DNA of 64,000 nt from Narcine bancroftii. Its lineage: Eukaryota. The DNA is taken from NCBI RefSeq assembly GCF_036971445.1, contig NC_091477.1, positions 51,088,001 through 51,152,000 of the forward strand, in the 5' to 3' direction. The translations under genes were made by a program, and so were the position numbers. This document shows, piece after piece, positions 37,213 through 50,870 of the stretch (the first letter of the stretch is position 1; every line of letters begins with the position of its first letter). The notes beneath the pieces are model-generated. The model saw nothing but the letters and a program-made list of their open reading frames with translations. It was not told where the DNA came from and made no database searches.

Positions 37213-38173
37213 TTTTAAATTTTAAAGAGCAGAGGCTCAGTTTGCTTAATCTTCCCACAGAGTGACAAACCTGCCATCCAATGAAGCAATAATATCCTTC
37301 TCCAGATACGCAATATTCTGGGCGCAGCCCATCTAAGGCATCCATAGTGTCAGCAGCATTTCTCCACCTCTTCAACGAAAGCCACCATAACATCTGACCT
37401 CTCAACCTGCACGTCAACCTTCAGTGATTCATGTGCGGAAATATCCTGGTCCATCTCAACAATAATGCCTCTAACCAGAACTCTTCCTTTCTACTCATAC
37501 GAATGTGTCCTTCAAGAAGTTTAACCTGGTTTAGAGTTCAAGTTGTGATACAATAAATTATTTCTTGACATAGGTCTGATAGTTTTCCCAAGGATGGATG
37601 GGGTTAAATTGTAAAGAGCAAGTTCTATTTCAACAGGAGGCAATGAGAAATGATGCATGCTTTTGATGCAAGTCGTTCAACCCGAGTTTCCCAAATGCAT
37701 TAAGATCAGATTGTTGTGGAGTAGGTTTACAAAGATCAGTGCAACATCATGGGCTGAAAGACCTGTTCTGTGCTGTAAGGTTCCATTTTTAAGATTCTGC
37801 CCAGTTAACAATCTAACTTTAGTTTTTGGGATGAGTGCATACAAATTATTAGGATAATTACAACAGTATTCTACACCAAAATTGGACCTCTACATGGGAA
37901 CTCATCATCACTTCTGTGCCTGTGTTGAAGTTCACAATCCTATCCCAAGATCCATGTGTCAAGTTGAACACATCAGTTTCCTAAAATTCAGAAGACACGA
38001 CCCATCCCTACCATTCAATTTGTTGCCACGTGTGTGCTAAGATGGTCCTCAACATCGGATACACATCTTTACAAAATACACATGCGGTGAAAAAACATTT
38101 TCTACTATCCATCCCTATTTTACAATGGAGGCCGTGTGTTTAAGGTGAGAGGGAGGAAGTTTAAGGGAGACAT

Positions 38174-38612
38174 ATAACCACTTACAGCACAGAACGGGCC
38201 AGTTCGGCCCTACTAGTCCATGCCGTAGCAAATCCCCACTCTCCTAGTCCCACTGACCAGCACCCGGTCCATACCTCTCTAGTCCCCTCCTATCCATGTA
38301 ACGATCCAGTCTTTCCTTAAATGTAACCAATGATCCCGCCTCGACCACGTCTGCCGGAAGCTCATGCCACATCCCCACCACCCTCTGCGTAAAGAAATTT
38401 CCCCTCATGTTCCCCTTATAATTTTCCCCCTTCAATCTTAAACCATGTCCTCTAGTTTGAATCTCCCCCTTTCTTAATTGAAAAAGCCTATCCACATTTA
38501 CTCTGTCTGTCCCTTTTAAAATCTTAAACATCTCTATCAAGTCCCCTCTCAATCTTCTACGCTCCAGAGAAAAAAGCCCCAGTCTGCACAACCTTTCCCT
38601 GTAACTCAGACC
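38174..38612 (-). mobile_element. Young CR1 LINE 3' end nested in an older plus-strand CR1 fragment
   Basis: Uninterrupted ORF2 C-terminus GLSYRERLCRLGLFSLERRRLRGDLIE...TRGHGLRL...FFTQRVVGMWHELP. Confidence 0.9.
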
Positions 38613-38699
38613 CATGCAGGACAAATATTTTTAGACAGAGAGTGGTGGGTGCCTGGATCAAGCTGCCAGGAATAGTGGTGGAAGCAGAAATAATGGTCG

Positions 38700-39260
38700 A
38701 CTCTCTCCACAACTCTATCTAAGAGTCATGGAGAGAGTGGAAAAACACAATGTTCCTTGGTGTACATATAAAGGATGACCTTTCATCAACCCACACCACC
38801 TCCTCATTGGTCGCAAAGGCACAGCAGCACCTACACTTCCTAAGGAGGTTGAGGAGGATAAGGTTACCAGCCCCCGTTTTGGTATCATTTTACAGGAGTA
38901 CAAATGAGTGTGTCCTGTCTGGCTGCATCATTGGATGGTAATGGTAGCTGCAAAGCATCAGAAAAGGATCATCAAAATGGCTGAAAAGATCACTGGGGTC
39001 TCCTATTGATGACATTCACCAGGAGCATAGCTTAAATAGGGCTGAAATAATTATACAATATCTTTCCATCCACTACCATCAACAAGCAGGTATTGGAGCA
39101 TCACGATCAGAACTGCTAGGCTGGGAAATAGCCCCTTCTCACAGGCTGTGAGATTGCATCTAGGAATCAAGCAAATCATTCCAAAATATTTATATAGTAT
39201 GTGTTCGTGCATGCGTGCATGTGTGACTGTGTAAGTAGAGTCAGATGATAATAAAGTTAA
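38700..39260 (+). mobile_element. Rex1/Babar-like LINE 3' fragment
   Basis: FLGVHIKDDL...KAQQHLHFLRRLRR...FYRSTNECVLSGCI. Confidence 0.8.
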
Positions 39261-39499
39261 ACTACCACATGAAATATAAAAGGAATAGAGGGAGCAAGCA
39301 GCAGAATATTAGCTTGATTTGAACATCACGGTTGGCACAGGGGCATGGGTTGAAGAGCCTGTTCCTGTAATTTACTGTTCTATAACATACACATGCATCT
39401 AGGAACAAGAGACAATCAGGACAGGAGTGGGCCTCTGAGCTTTACCCACTGTCCAAAATGATCACAACTGATCTACGCTAGCCTCAACCTCTGGTGACT

Positions 39500-42400
39500 G
39501 GGCTCGAGACGTCTTATCTTGACCTGCAGAAGAGTTTGCAGTGGGAGCGGAAAAATCCAGTTGGCATGGTCCATGTGGGTACCAGCAACATAGGTAAAAT
39601 CATGAAGTTCTACTTGACAAATTTGAGGAATCAGGGACCAAATTAAAAAAGCAGAATAAGGTGGTAATCGCTGGATTACTACCTGAGGCACGTGAAATTT
39701 GACACAGGGTCCAGAAGATTACAGAGTTAAATGCATGTCTCAAGGATTGGTGTGGGAAAAGTAAGTTCCATTTCATGGGAAATTGACACCAGTATTGGGG
39801 AAGGAAGCAACAGTTCAAAAGGGATAAACTCTATCTCAATCATGATGGGACGGGCCTTGGTGAATTCCATAACTCTATCTCAATCATGATGGGACGGGCC
39901 TTGGTGAATTCCATAACTCGGACTGGGGACAGAGCTTTAATCTAAATATGAGGGAGGGTGGGTTCAATGGATTGGAGAGAATGGATGAAGTAAAAGCAAA
40001 AGTTAAAGAGAAAACTAAGAGTGGAGGGGATAATGGTCAAGTGCAAAAGAAGCAAAGATTACTGGATTTTTAAAGCACAATGGGAATATGGCACTTTATC
40101 TGAATGCTGGTTGTATTTGAAACAAGGTCAGTGAACTTGCAGCATAAATCAGTATGATTTAATGGTCATTACATAAACATGGTTTTAGAGTGGAGAGGAC
40201 TGGGAATTAACTATCCAAAGATATCAAGCACAGATTGAGTACCCCTTATCTAAAATGCATGGGACCAGAAGTGTTTTGGATTTTTGAGCACCATTTAAAA
40301 ATGACCTCATTCACATTACTATTCAAATATTTACATATGCATCGACACTCTATAATGCACTACTTACGTCCACAAGGTCCCGTTCTCCGATCGGGATTTC
40401 TGAACTCTATTACATATTATTTTATGGGACCACAGACGAGAAAAGTTTTGGATTTTGGATCATTTCGGGTATTTGGATAAGGGGTACTCAACCTGTAATA
40501 CAGAAGGTCAAGAAGTGGGGGGGGGGGGGGGGTAGAAAGGAGGGGTAGCGCTCTTTGTAAAGGATGAAATCAGGGCAATAGTGAGAGATGATTTAAGATC
40601 CAAGGAATAAAATGTTGAGACCATTTAGGAACAGTAAAGGGAAAAAAAAATCACTGATGGGAGTTGTTGAAAGGCCACCCAATAACATCACAGTGGTCCA
40701 GGTGATAAACCAAGAAATATTGGAGCCATGTAAAGATGGAACAGCAGTTATTGTGGGAGATTTTAAAATGAACATGGACTAGGTGAATCAGGTTGGTCAA
40801 GGTAATCTTGAGGAGGACTCATAGAATGCCTATCTGATGGCTTTCTTGAACAGCATGTTACTGAACCTACAAGGGAATATGCTATCTTGGATCTGGTCCT
40901 ATGTAATGAGACAAGTAAAATTAGTGATTTTTCAATTAGGGATCCTCTTGGAAAGAGTGATCACAATATGATAAAGTTTATCATAAAATAGTTCAGTCTA
41001 AAACAAGTGCCTTATGCCTAAACAAAGGAAACTACAAGGGTGAGGGATGAGTTGGTCAGGGTAGACTGGGAACGTAGGCTATATGGAAGGACAGTTGAAC
41101 AACAGTGAAGGATGTTAGAGTTTTTTTTTAGTTAAAAGCAAGGATAGTAAGGGTGGGGCAGCCAGTCTTGGACAATTAAGGAGATCAAGGAAGGCATCAA
41201 ACTAAAAGCTCATGCGTTTAAAGCCACCATGAGCAGTGGAAAACCTTTAAGAAGCAGCAAAGAACCACAAAGCAAGCCAAGCAATAAAGAGAGGGAAGGT
41301 AAACTATGAGAAAAGATGAACACAAAATATAAAAGCAGACAGAAAAGTTTTAATAATTCTATAAAGCGCAAAAGGGTGGCAAAAGTGAAGATTGGTCCCT
41401 TGGAAGATGAGAATGGGGAAATGATGATGTTTCATGAGGAAATGGCTGAGGTTTAGATTAACTACACTGTGCCAGTATTCACAGTGGAGGACACGTCGAA
41501 CGTGCCAAGGACAGATGCTTTAGATGTGATGGGAGATGAAGACCTGGATGTAACAGCTATTGCTAAAGAGGTCATACTCAAAAGGTGTGAGTGTCTAAAG
41601 ATAGATAAATCCTCTGGACCTGATGGAATGCATCCCAGGGTACTGAAACAAATGATAGAAGCTAAAGTCAAGACTTACATAATAATTTTACCAAAATTTT
41701 CTGGACAGGTCCAAGTGGATTGGAAGACGGTGAACGTAATGCCACTATTCAACAAAAGGATATGGGCAAAAGGCAGGCAACTTTGGGCCAGTTTGTTCAA
41801 AATTCTCAAAGCTATCATTAAAGATGAAACAGCAAAGCATCTGGAGCAAAATGAATCCATCGGGCAAATGCAGGTCCTGTTTGACAAATTTACTGGAGTT
41901 ATTTATTTATAATGAGCGTGGTAGATAGAAGGCAACTGATGGGTGCTGCTAATCTGGATTTTCAGAATGCATTTAATAAGATGCCTCACAAAAGAGGAGG
42001 CTTGGTCCTTCAAAACCCATCCTGATAAGATAAGGATGCATGGAGTTGAAGGCAGTGTATTAGCATGGACAGAGGATTGGTTAACCAATAGAAAGCAGAG
42101 AGTTGGGGTATGAGGGTAGTTTTCTGGTTGGCAATTGATGGTGAGCATGTATATAAAAGTAAATGATCTGGAAGAGAGGCAGAGTGTAATGTATCTGAGT
42201 TTGCTGATGACACTAAATTAAGTGGAAAAGCAAATTGTGCAGAGGATACGGAGCATCTGCTGAAAGATAAGTGAGTGGGCAAGAGTCTGGCAAATGGTGT
42301 ACAATGGCAAATGTGAGGCTATCCACTTTGGAAGGAAGAATGGAAGTTCAGAATATTACTTAAATGCTAGTGATTGCAGCATGCTGACGTCTAGAATGAC

Positions 42401-43105
42401 TTAGGAGTGCTTGTGCATGAATTGCAAGCAGTTGGTTTGCAGGTGCAGCAGGCCATCAAGAAGGCAAATGGAATGTTGGCCTTCATTGCTAAAAGGATTG
42501 AATTTAAGAGCAGGGAGGTTATGCTGCAACTGTACAGGGTATTGAGACCACATCTAGAATACTATGTGCAGTTCTGGTCTCCTTACTTGAGGAAGGATAT
42601 ACTAGCTTTGGAGGAGGTGCAGATGGGGTTGATTCCAGGGATGAAGCGGTTGGCATTTGAGGAGAGAGTGAGTCATCTGGGAATGCACTCACTGCAATTT
42701 AAAAAAATGAGAGGGGACCTTACTACAAAAACATAAAATTATGAAAGGCATAGATGAATTTGAGGTTGGTAACCTGTTTCCATTGGTAGTGGAAACCAGA
42801 ACTAGGGGACATAGCTTCAAGATTCAGGGCAGTAAATTTTGGACAGAGTTGCAGAGGAACTGCTCTTCCTAGAGACTGGTGAATCTATGGAATTCATTGT
42901 TCATTGAAGCAGTGGAGGTGACTTCAGTAAATATATTTCAGACAAGGATGGATAGATTTCTGCATAGTAAGGGAATTAAGGGATATGGGGAAAAGGCAAG
43001 TCGGTGGAAATGAGCCCATCAACTCACCCATGATCCCATTAAATGGCAGAGGAGGCTCAATGGGCTAAATGGACTACTCCTGATCCTATTTCTTATGTTA
43101 TGTTC
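39500..43105 (+). mobile_element. Near-full-length decayed CR1 LINE (ORF1 SGNH-esterase remnant; ORF2 EN and RT)
   Basis: VHVGTSNIG and VVIAGLLP (ORF1); ITxTW, VIVGDF, SDHN (EN); KSSGPDGMHPRVLK, FADD, RPHLEYYVQFWSP (RT); perfect 44-bp tandem duplication at 39827-39914. Confidence 0.9.
40231..40495. mobile_element. Tigger-type MITE (MER46/Tigger4-like ends) nested in CR1
   Basis: TIRs cagattgagtaccccttatc / gataaggggtactcaacctg followed by TA. Confidence 0.85.
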
Positions 43106-43109
43106 AACT

Positions 43110-44550
43110 CAGAATTACAATTTATTGTTATGAACAAGTCATGAAATTTGGTGTTTCCTGGCAGCATCATAATGGAAACATCCACATAAACTATCGTATA
43201 AAAATAAATTTTAACAGTGCATGAAAAGTCAAACTAAGGCACTGTCTTTGGTTTATTGATCATTCAGGAATCTGATGCCAGTGGGGAAGAAGTTGCCCTT
43301 CTGCCGCTGAGTGCTCGTTTTAAGTTCCTGTACCTTTTTCCCTATGTAGCCAGGTGATGAGGGCATGGCCTGGGTGATGGGGGTCCTTGAGGATAGAGGC
43401 TGCTTTCTCAAGATATCGTGTCTTGGAGAAGTCCTCGATGGTGTGAAGTCTGGTGCCTGTGATGTTGCAGGCCAAATTAACAACCCCCCCCCCGGAGTGT
43501 TTTTTTTCTTGTCCAGATCATCGGCACCTCCGTACCAGATAGTGATGCAACCAGCCAGAATGCTCTCCATGGTTACCTTGCTGAAGTTTTCAAAAATCTT
43601 CACTGACATACCAAATCTCCTCAAACACCTCACAAAGTATAGCTGCTGGCGAGCCTTCTTCATGATTGCATCAATGTGGAGGCTCCAGGACAAACCCTCG
43701 GAGATGCTGACACTCAGGAATTTGAGGTTATTGACCCTCTCCACTACTGAGCTCTCGATGAGGATTGGATCATGTTCCCCTGAAGTCCACAATCAACTCC
43801 TTGGTTTTGCTAACGTTGAACGCAACTTTGATGGTGTGACACCATTCAACGATCTGATCTATCTCCCTCCTGTACATTTCCTCATTGCCATTTGCGATTC
43901 TGCTGACAATCGTGGCGTCATTGGCAAATTTATAGATGGCATTGGAATTGTGCCTTGCCACACAGTCATGGGTGTATAGTGAGTAGAGCAACGGGCTAAG
44001 CACGCATCTTTGAGGTGCGCATGTGTTTATAGTGAGGAGGAGACATTATTTCCAATTCATACTGACTGTGGTCGCCCTATGAGGAAGTCAAGGATCCAGT
44101 TACAGAGGCCCAGGGTTTGGAGCTTCTTGACCAGCACTGAGAGAATAATGGTGTTGAAGGCTGAGCTGTAGTTGATGAACAACAGCTGTATATACGAGCT
44201 GCTGTTTTCAAGGTGATCCAGAGCTGAGTGGAAAGCTAGTGATATGCATCTGCCATGGAGTGACTGTGATGACAGGTGAATTGCAGTGGGTCCAGATCTC
44301 TGCTTAGGTATATGTTAATTCTGGCCAATGACTAACCTCTCAAAGCATTTCATCACAGTAGATGTTAGTGTGACTGGGTGATATTCATTGAGGCAGCTCA
44401 CTCTGCTTTGTTTGGGTACCGACTGGAATGATTGATCCCCTTTTGAAGCAGTTGGGAACCTCTGATTGCATCAATGACAGGCTGAAAATGTCCGTGAGCA
44501 CTCCGGCTAATTGGTTGACACAGATTTTCAATGCCCTGCCAGGTACGCTA
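43110..44550 (-). mobile_element. Rex1/Babar-like LINE RT and 3' end
   Basis: LSPLLYSLYTHDCVARH...IYKFAND, KTKELIVDFR, KKARQQLYF. Confidence 0.9.
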
Positions 44551-45149
44551 TGATATCCTGCTCTGATTCCCCAGAACTCTCAGTTCCTCCACCTTCAAAA
44601 TATCTAATGATCTGATCTCACTACTCGCAGGGGCAGAGAATTCCAAGATTCAATAACGACCGAGAAGAAATTTATAAGCACCTCAGTTCAAAGCTGCTTA
44701 TTTTTTAGCTATGTCATATTTACTAAAAATAGCATTAACTCTTAAGAGTGGGTTCCTTCCATTTTCTGTAATAGCAGAGTCCGCAATACTCTATTATCTT
44801 TAGCCCCATCTCGACCCAAAATGCCCAGTGCATTTTATCCAGCTTGTTTAAGTCATGTGTTCATGCATCACAAAATGCATCACTTACATAACTGAAGGAA
44901 AGACAGTTTATAGTCATTGAGCTAGCCAACAATAAAAGTCAGAGCATGGTTGTCCAGCTGGTACTAATTAGTAGAGAAAGGAGTGGCAGGACGGCGGGAA
45001 AGAGACAACGTAACTTCTATGAACAAAGTTGCAGTGTGAACAAACTTACAGAACAAATAATTCAAAGTATAGACTTTCAAACATTTTTAGGCAACACACT
45101 TTAAAAAAAAATGGTTCCCCCAATAACTATTTCTGTAATTGGCAGTACA

Positions 45150-45815
45150 CAAGACCAGAAAATGTAGGAGTAGAATTAGGCCTATTGAGTCTGCTCCATT
45201 ATTCCAATCATGGCTAATGTATTTATTCCCCCTGACCCCATTCCCCTGCCTTCACCTCAAAACCTTTGAAACCCTTACTAATTAAGAACAAATCAACCCT
45301 GCTTGTTTTAGTTTTATATTCAGTTTCGGTCACTGTGTGATGTTAAAGAAGCCATCAAGCCGGAGAGGGTGCAGAAAAGATTTACGAGGCTATTCCCATA
45401 TTTGCAGGCCTGAAATTTATTCTTTAGAGTGTAAGAAGATGACTGGTGATCTCAGAGAGGTGTCAAAATCATAACAGGTTTACAAAAATCATGCGAGGAA
45501 TGGATTGCGTAAATGCAGAGTAATTTGTCTAGGGTAGAGGAATCAGGAACCAGAGGATAAAGGTTTAACATGAGGGAGAACAGGAACCAGAATGGTTTTT
45601 AAAAAAGAAACTCAGAGGGTGGTGGGAGCATGGAACAGGCTGCCAGATGAGTTGGTTGAGGCAGGTAACTATTGCACGGTTTAAGAAACATTTGGATAGT
45701 TATAGACAGGATGGGTTTTGAAGGACCAAGCCCAAGCATGTGGGAGTGGTGTGGGTCGGCATTTTGATCAGCGTGGGCAGGTTGAGCCCTTGGCCTGTGT
45801 CCACGCCGTATGACA
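45150..45815. mobile_element. CR1 3' fragments
   Basis: gagagggtgcagaaaagatttacgagg; accagaggataaaggttt; cagagggtggtg...tggaac. Confidence 0.65.
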
Positions 45816-46594
45816 ATGAATGGAGAGAGCAGCCAATTTTCTATTGATAAAGGATTGGGGCTCCCATTTTGAAAACTGCTGGCTTAAAGCACAATTAGAG
45901 GAGGGTTTAAAAAGAGTTGTACGACAGCCAGCAACAATAGTCAAGGTCACCCTCTTTCCAGATTCCTCCCTTGATCGTCAGCAGCATAATTCAATTTTGA
46001 AAAATGTTCTGACTTTGTGAAAATTCTAACTCTGACAGGATAAGGAATCGCTTTAGGATAAAACCGAGTGCAACATTGTAAAATTGTAGCAAAAGAACCA
46101 ATATTTGCTTCTTATGTGTGTTACATATGCTGAGCTTTTTTAAAAAAAGTTTAATTAAGAGTAAGTAACATTTCCAGAACTGCTGTGCAACAACCAAGGC
46201 ATTGTGCCAGATTAATGACCCCAAGGTTGGTGAAAGGAGCCTTGTAACTGCTGCTACATGTAAAGTGGTGTCAAATATTAATTGGAGATCTGATTTAAAG
46301 CAGCAGTCACTCACTCCCCTCTTCATCCAACCCCAAGGCAGTTTCAATCCCATTGACTACTCTGAGACGGGTCACCACCTCTGAGGTGGTGAATGAGTCA
46401 GGAAAATATGATAATAGCTGCCAATCCAGCTAATTCTTACCTTAAACTCTCCCTCAGGATCTTGTTGTCCACCCCATTTCTTTCTCTCTGCTCACTGTGT
46501 GCATGGTTAGATCTTTAATTGCCAGTGATTACCGTGCTAGTTTGGGGTACTGTGATGCAAAATCTCCTGCCATCTCACCCCATTTTTCAAAACA

Positions 46595-46805
46595 TTTAGA
46601 CATACAGTACGGCAACAGGCCACTTTGGCCCATGAGTCTGTGCTGCCCTATTTACACACAACGTTTCAAAAGGTGGCAGGAAACCAGAGTCCCTGGGAAA
46701 ACCCATGGAGACATGGGGAGAACATACCAGCACAGGATTCGAACCCTGGTCCCGATCGCTGGTGCAGTAACGGCATTACGCTAACTGATATGCCAACTGT
46801 GCCAC
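46595..46805 (-). mobile_element. tRNA-derived SINE
   Basis: Family match; B-box ggttcgaatcc on minus. Confidence 0.8.
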
Positions 46806-47624
46806 CACATTCAACTGAAAAACAAAGACATCTGTGACTCGTGTTCACTCAGGAGCATTGTCACCTTTGCTGTCACCCATTGTGCAGAGTCTGATAAGTT
46901 CTGGCCAGTTATTATATAGTGAGCTTTGGGTCATGCTGTCACAGAATTCCATCAGGCCTGAATGGTCTCTCTTTAATATTACCATGCATGGTCTCTGCTC
47001 TTGATTAGCATTTGGTGCTTGAACCTCAAACATAGTGCTATACTTTTAGAGCATGGTACCTATTGGTGATTGTGTCGCTGCTGAGGAGAAACAAAACAAG
47101 CAACTTTTGCTTGGACAGGGACAGTGCTTCAACATTACAGCTAGGCAAACTTCTCTTTCTACATGGGCTGAAGAAGGGGAAAACAATGTGGTGAGAGTCT
47201 GGTGAACAGAACTGATTCCCAACTCACCCATCCAACACAGAGTCCACATCAGCCATCAATCACCCACTTACATGAAACCGATTTCATTCTCCCGTCAATT
47301 CTTCTCCCCACACTGCCTCCTCGCTGCACATTTACCACCCGCCCACCCACTGGGAATAACTTTTCACGGCCAATTAACCTACCAACCCTCAAACCTCTGG
47401 GACATGGGAGAAAACCAGAACATCCGGGAGAGCCAGGCAGTCACAGGTAAAGTGTGAAAACTCCACACAGGCAGGAGTGGCGCTCAGCATTGAATCTGGG
47501 CCCCTGGAACTGAGGAAACCACTCTACTCACTGAGCCATCCTTTTGCCCATGATCTTTGAAAATAAAAAGATGGGATAAGATGAACATTGATGTTTTGAA
47601 TCTCATTTGCTTCAATGACACAGA

Positions 47625-47850
47625 CGGTGTAGCGGTTAGCGCAATGCCTTAACATGACTGGGGCTTGAATCCCATGCTATCTGTAAGGAGTTTTTACGTT
47701 CTCCCTGTTTCTGCATGGGTTTCTTCGGGGACTCCGGTTTCCTCTGTCTTTTTGAAATCTACCGGGGATGTCAGTTAATTGGGTGTAAATTGGGTGGTAC
47801 AGACTAGTGAGCCAAAATGGGTTGTTACCATGCTGTATGCCTAAATTTAA
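47625..47850 (+). mobile_element. tRNA-derived SINE
   Basis: A-box ggtgtagcggttagc; ggactccggtttcc core; taaattt tail. Confidence 0.8.
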
Positions 47851-48099
47851 AAATTTTAAATTTAAAATGTAACAAAATACTTTAACATTTTACTCCTTTA
47901 GATTGTGTAACTTGGTCAGAGTTCTCTCCACGTAAAAGGAGTCTTTCCACCTCCGCAAACAACCAGAGCAAATAAGTTATGAAACAGAGGTCTGGAAATT
48001 ATTTTAACTAATTTAAAACTGTGCTTATACATTAGATGGAGTCCCCATAAAGAAATAATCCCTTCCCACTAATCGCCCCATTGTTATCTACCCCTGTCA

Positions 48100-48835
48100 C
48101 CGCAAGAAATGCTACACTTGCACCCACACTTCCTCCCTCATGGTCATTCAGGACCCCAAACAGTCCTTCCCAGTGAGGCAATAGTTCACTGGTGAATTTA
48201 TCTGGTACTCCTGCAGCAACCTCTTCCAGATCGGTGAGACTGGGGGTGCAGACTGGAAGATAATTTCGTTGAGCACCTTCGATCTGTCCAATGCAAGAGC
48301 AAGGGTCTCCCAGTGACCAACCATTTCAATTCCACACAACATTCTCACTCCAACAGATCTGTCCATGGTCCTCATGCATTTCCAAACCAAGGCTAACCGC
48401 AAATTGGAGGAACAACACCTCACATTCCATCTGGGCACTCTGCAACCAGATGGCATTGACATCGACTATTCCAATTTCCATTAAATCCCTCCCCAAGTCT
48501 CTCTCTCTTTACCATCCCTCTGTCTCCTATCCTCCAGCTCCCCATTCCCTTCTTTCTTCATTCAGAGAGCTTCCCCCTCCCCCTTTCACTTTTCAGCTGG
48601 TTATCTCCTCTCCCATCTATATTTCAGCCTGTTAGCCTGTGCTCCTCACTCTATCCCTGCCTCTCCCTGCACCTTTTTATTCAAGAGCCTGCCCATTATT
48701 CTTGAGGAAGGGCTTGGGTCTAAAACATTGGGTGTCCCATAACTTCCTGTGGATACTGTGTGACATGCTGAGTTTCTGCAGCACGTTTGTGTGTTGCACT
48801 CAATCTCAGCACCTGCAGACTTTTGTGCTGAACTC
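48100..48835 (+). mobile_element. Penelope-like element 3' part (GIY-YIG endonuclease remnant and terminal repeat)
   Basis: IQDPKQSF...IGETGxRL...FVEHL, HFNS, EEQHLTFHLGTLQPDGIDID; tail cttgaggaagggcttgggtctaaaac...ctgagtttctgcagcac. Confidence 0.8.
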
Positions 48836-50644
48836 AGTGTTAGCCTCCATCGTTCAGTTGCAAATTCTCTCGTCTGCCATCATTTAGCGCCTCAGATGCG
48901 GTTCACGCAGCCAGCTCTTGAATGGATCTTCCACAATTCAAACAGCAATCTCGTGGGTTCTTGGGTATGTTGCTGCTGAATGAATCATGATGGGACAGTA
49001 GTCCCACGGAGTCAAAAACCCTTACAGACCATGAAGTATTTACAGGAGGCATGCCTTCTGAGCTCAGGAGCTGTGGAGTTGCTCTGGGGACACCCTCAAA
49101 TGTTTGTGGCAGGAGGCTGCCAGTGGGATCTCCGTGAAGAAGAGTGGACTTTGAACACCTGAATGCTTTGGAAACTGGCCAGTGACCACCCTGTTTGCTC
49201 CTATGGCTGCTGCCCGTACCCCTTAAATATGGAATCTGGGTGCACTTCCCAATGTAGCAGCGAGCAGCAAATCTGGAAGGTGTGGCAGACTTCAGCGCCA
49301 GTCAGTAACTTGGTATATCTGAGTGTAGGAAGCAGAGACCAACCATGACGACAATCTCTGCGGGCAAATCCATCCAAACACGCGAAAGGTCACAGATATT
49401 GGTGAAGTACAGGGAGTACAGCAGGAGTGGTGGCCCTCGGCAAACAAGTTGGCAGAAGTCAACCATTTGGTGAGTTGAAACGTGTCGTTCCTTGACACAC
49501 AATTTTGAAAGTCACACAGGAGACACATTTTGGGTGCTGCACTAGTTACACTGGCAGAGGTGTGAATTGGGGGAAGAGAAGGGTGTCGAGGCACACAAAA
49601 ATCCCACCAGACATCGAATTTCAGATGGAGCACCACATATACAGGAATGCAACAAAAAAACTGCTCTGGTCTGGGACAAGTCGATTTTTCAGCTGCACTC
49701 CATTTTTTAATGGGAGTACATATTAAGGAAATTCAAGGCCATGCCTTCGAAACATTGACCAACCAATCCAGAGTCAGAAGTACAAGAAATTCCTGCACTT
49801 TTTCACTGAACCTGGTGGCTCATACGTCCTCTGGGAATAGAAGGAACTTCTAACATCAGGAATTTAAAAATCAAACATTTAGAAGATTATTTTCCACAGT
49901 TAATATTTAAAGCACATTATAACTGAAGCTAAGGGGTCCTGCAACTGTGCCTAAGATACCATAAATAAGAAAAAAAACCCAAAAAACTAAATATTCTACA
50001 CTACAATTAAAAAAGTTCAGGTTGAGGTGATTGCACATGTAATTCTCCCTCTTAAACAGAAGCACGGGACCCTACCAGTCTCAGTTGACTCTTGAAGCTA
50101 TTTTTTCCCCCAACAGGTTAAGTGGTCTAACTAATGTGACAACTCCTGACATGAGTTAATACACTCTAATAGATGAAGAAATGCTCCAAGCTCTTTGCTG
50201 AGGAATGTTTCCCTGATGCATCTTTGCCCGGTTACTGCTGTTCAAGAGGGAGTTCCATATATAGTGCAATGGTACCTCAATTAGTGGTGGGGGGAGGGAG
50301 GTGGGGGGTGGGGGTGAAAGCCTTTGAACTCTTCCCTCTGTCTGCTGTCAGGATTGAGAGGTGCTGACATCCTGCCGGAGACACACATTTGTAAAGCATT
50401 ATACTCTGATGTGCTGAGAAGGCGGCCGAACATCAGGAAAGTATTATTGTCTGTATACTTTCATCTGGAGACACAGCAAAAGAAATAGATCGCCTGGCCA
50501 ATCCACTCTCTTATAAAACTTCCACATTCTTTATCCTCCCAATTCTATTCTCCTAATCTTTTACTACACCCATTTTTACTAGCATGTCTGGAGTATTTAT
50601 CTCCATCAGAAACATTACATGTGATTCTGGCTTTTTATTAAAGT

Positions 50645-50870
50645 TTTTAGACATACAGAATGGAAATAGGCCATTTCGGCCCACTAGTCCATGCCGCCCA
50701 TTTACACCCCATTAACCTACAGCCCCAGTATGTTTTGAATGGTGGGAGGAAACTAGAAAACCAACGCAGATATGGGGAGAACATACAATCTCCTTACAGA
50801 CAGTGCGGGATTTGAATTCCGGTCCCGATCGCTGGAGCTGTTATGGTGTTGCACTAACTGCTATGCCAAT
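50645..50870 (-). mobile_element. tRNA-derived SINE
   Basis: Family match. Confidence 0.8.

Noticed and set aside
47625-47700. tRNA genes suggested by A/B boxes (here and at other SINE heads)
   Set aside because: No cloverleaf; the boxes are heads of a multicopy SINE
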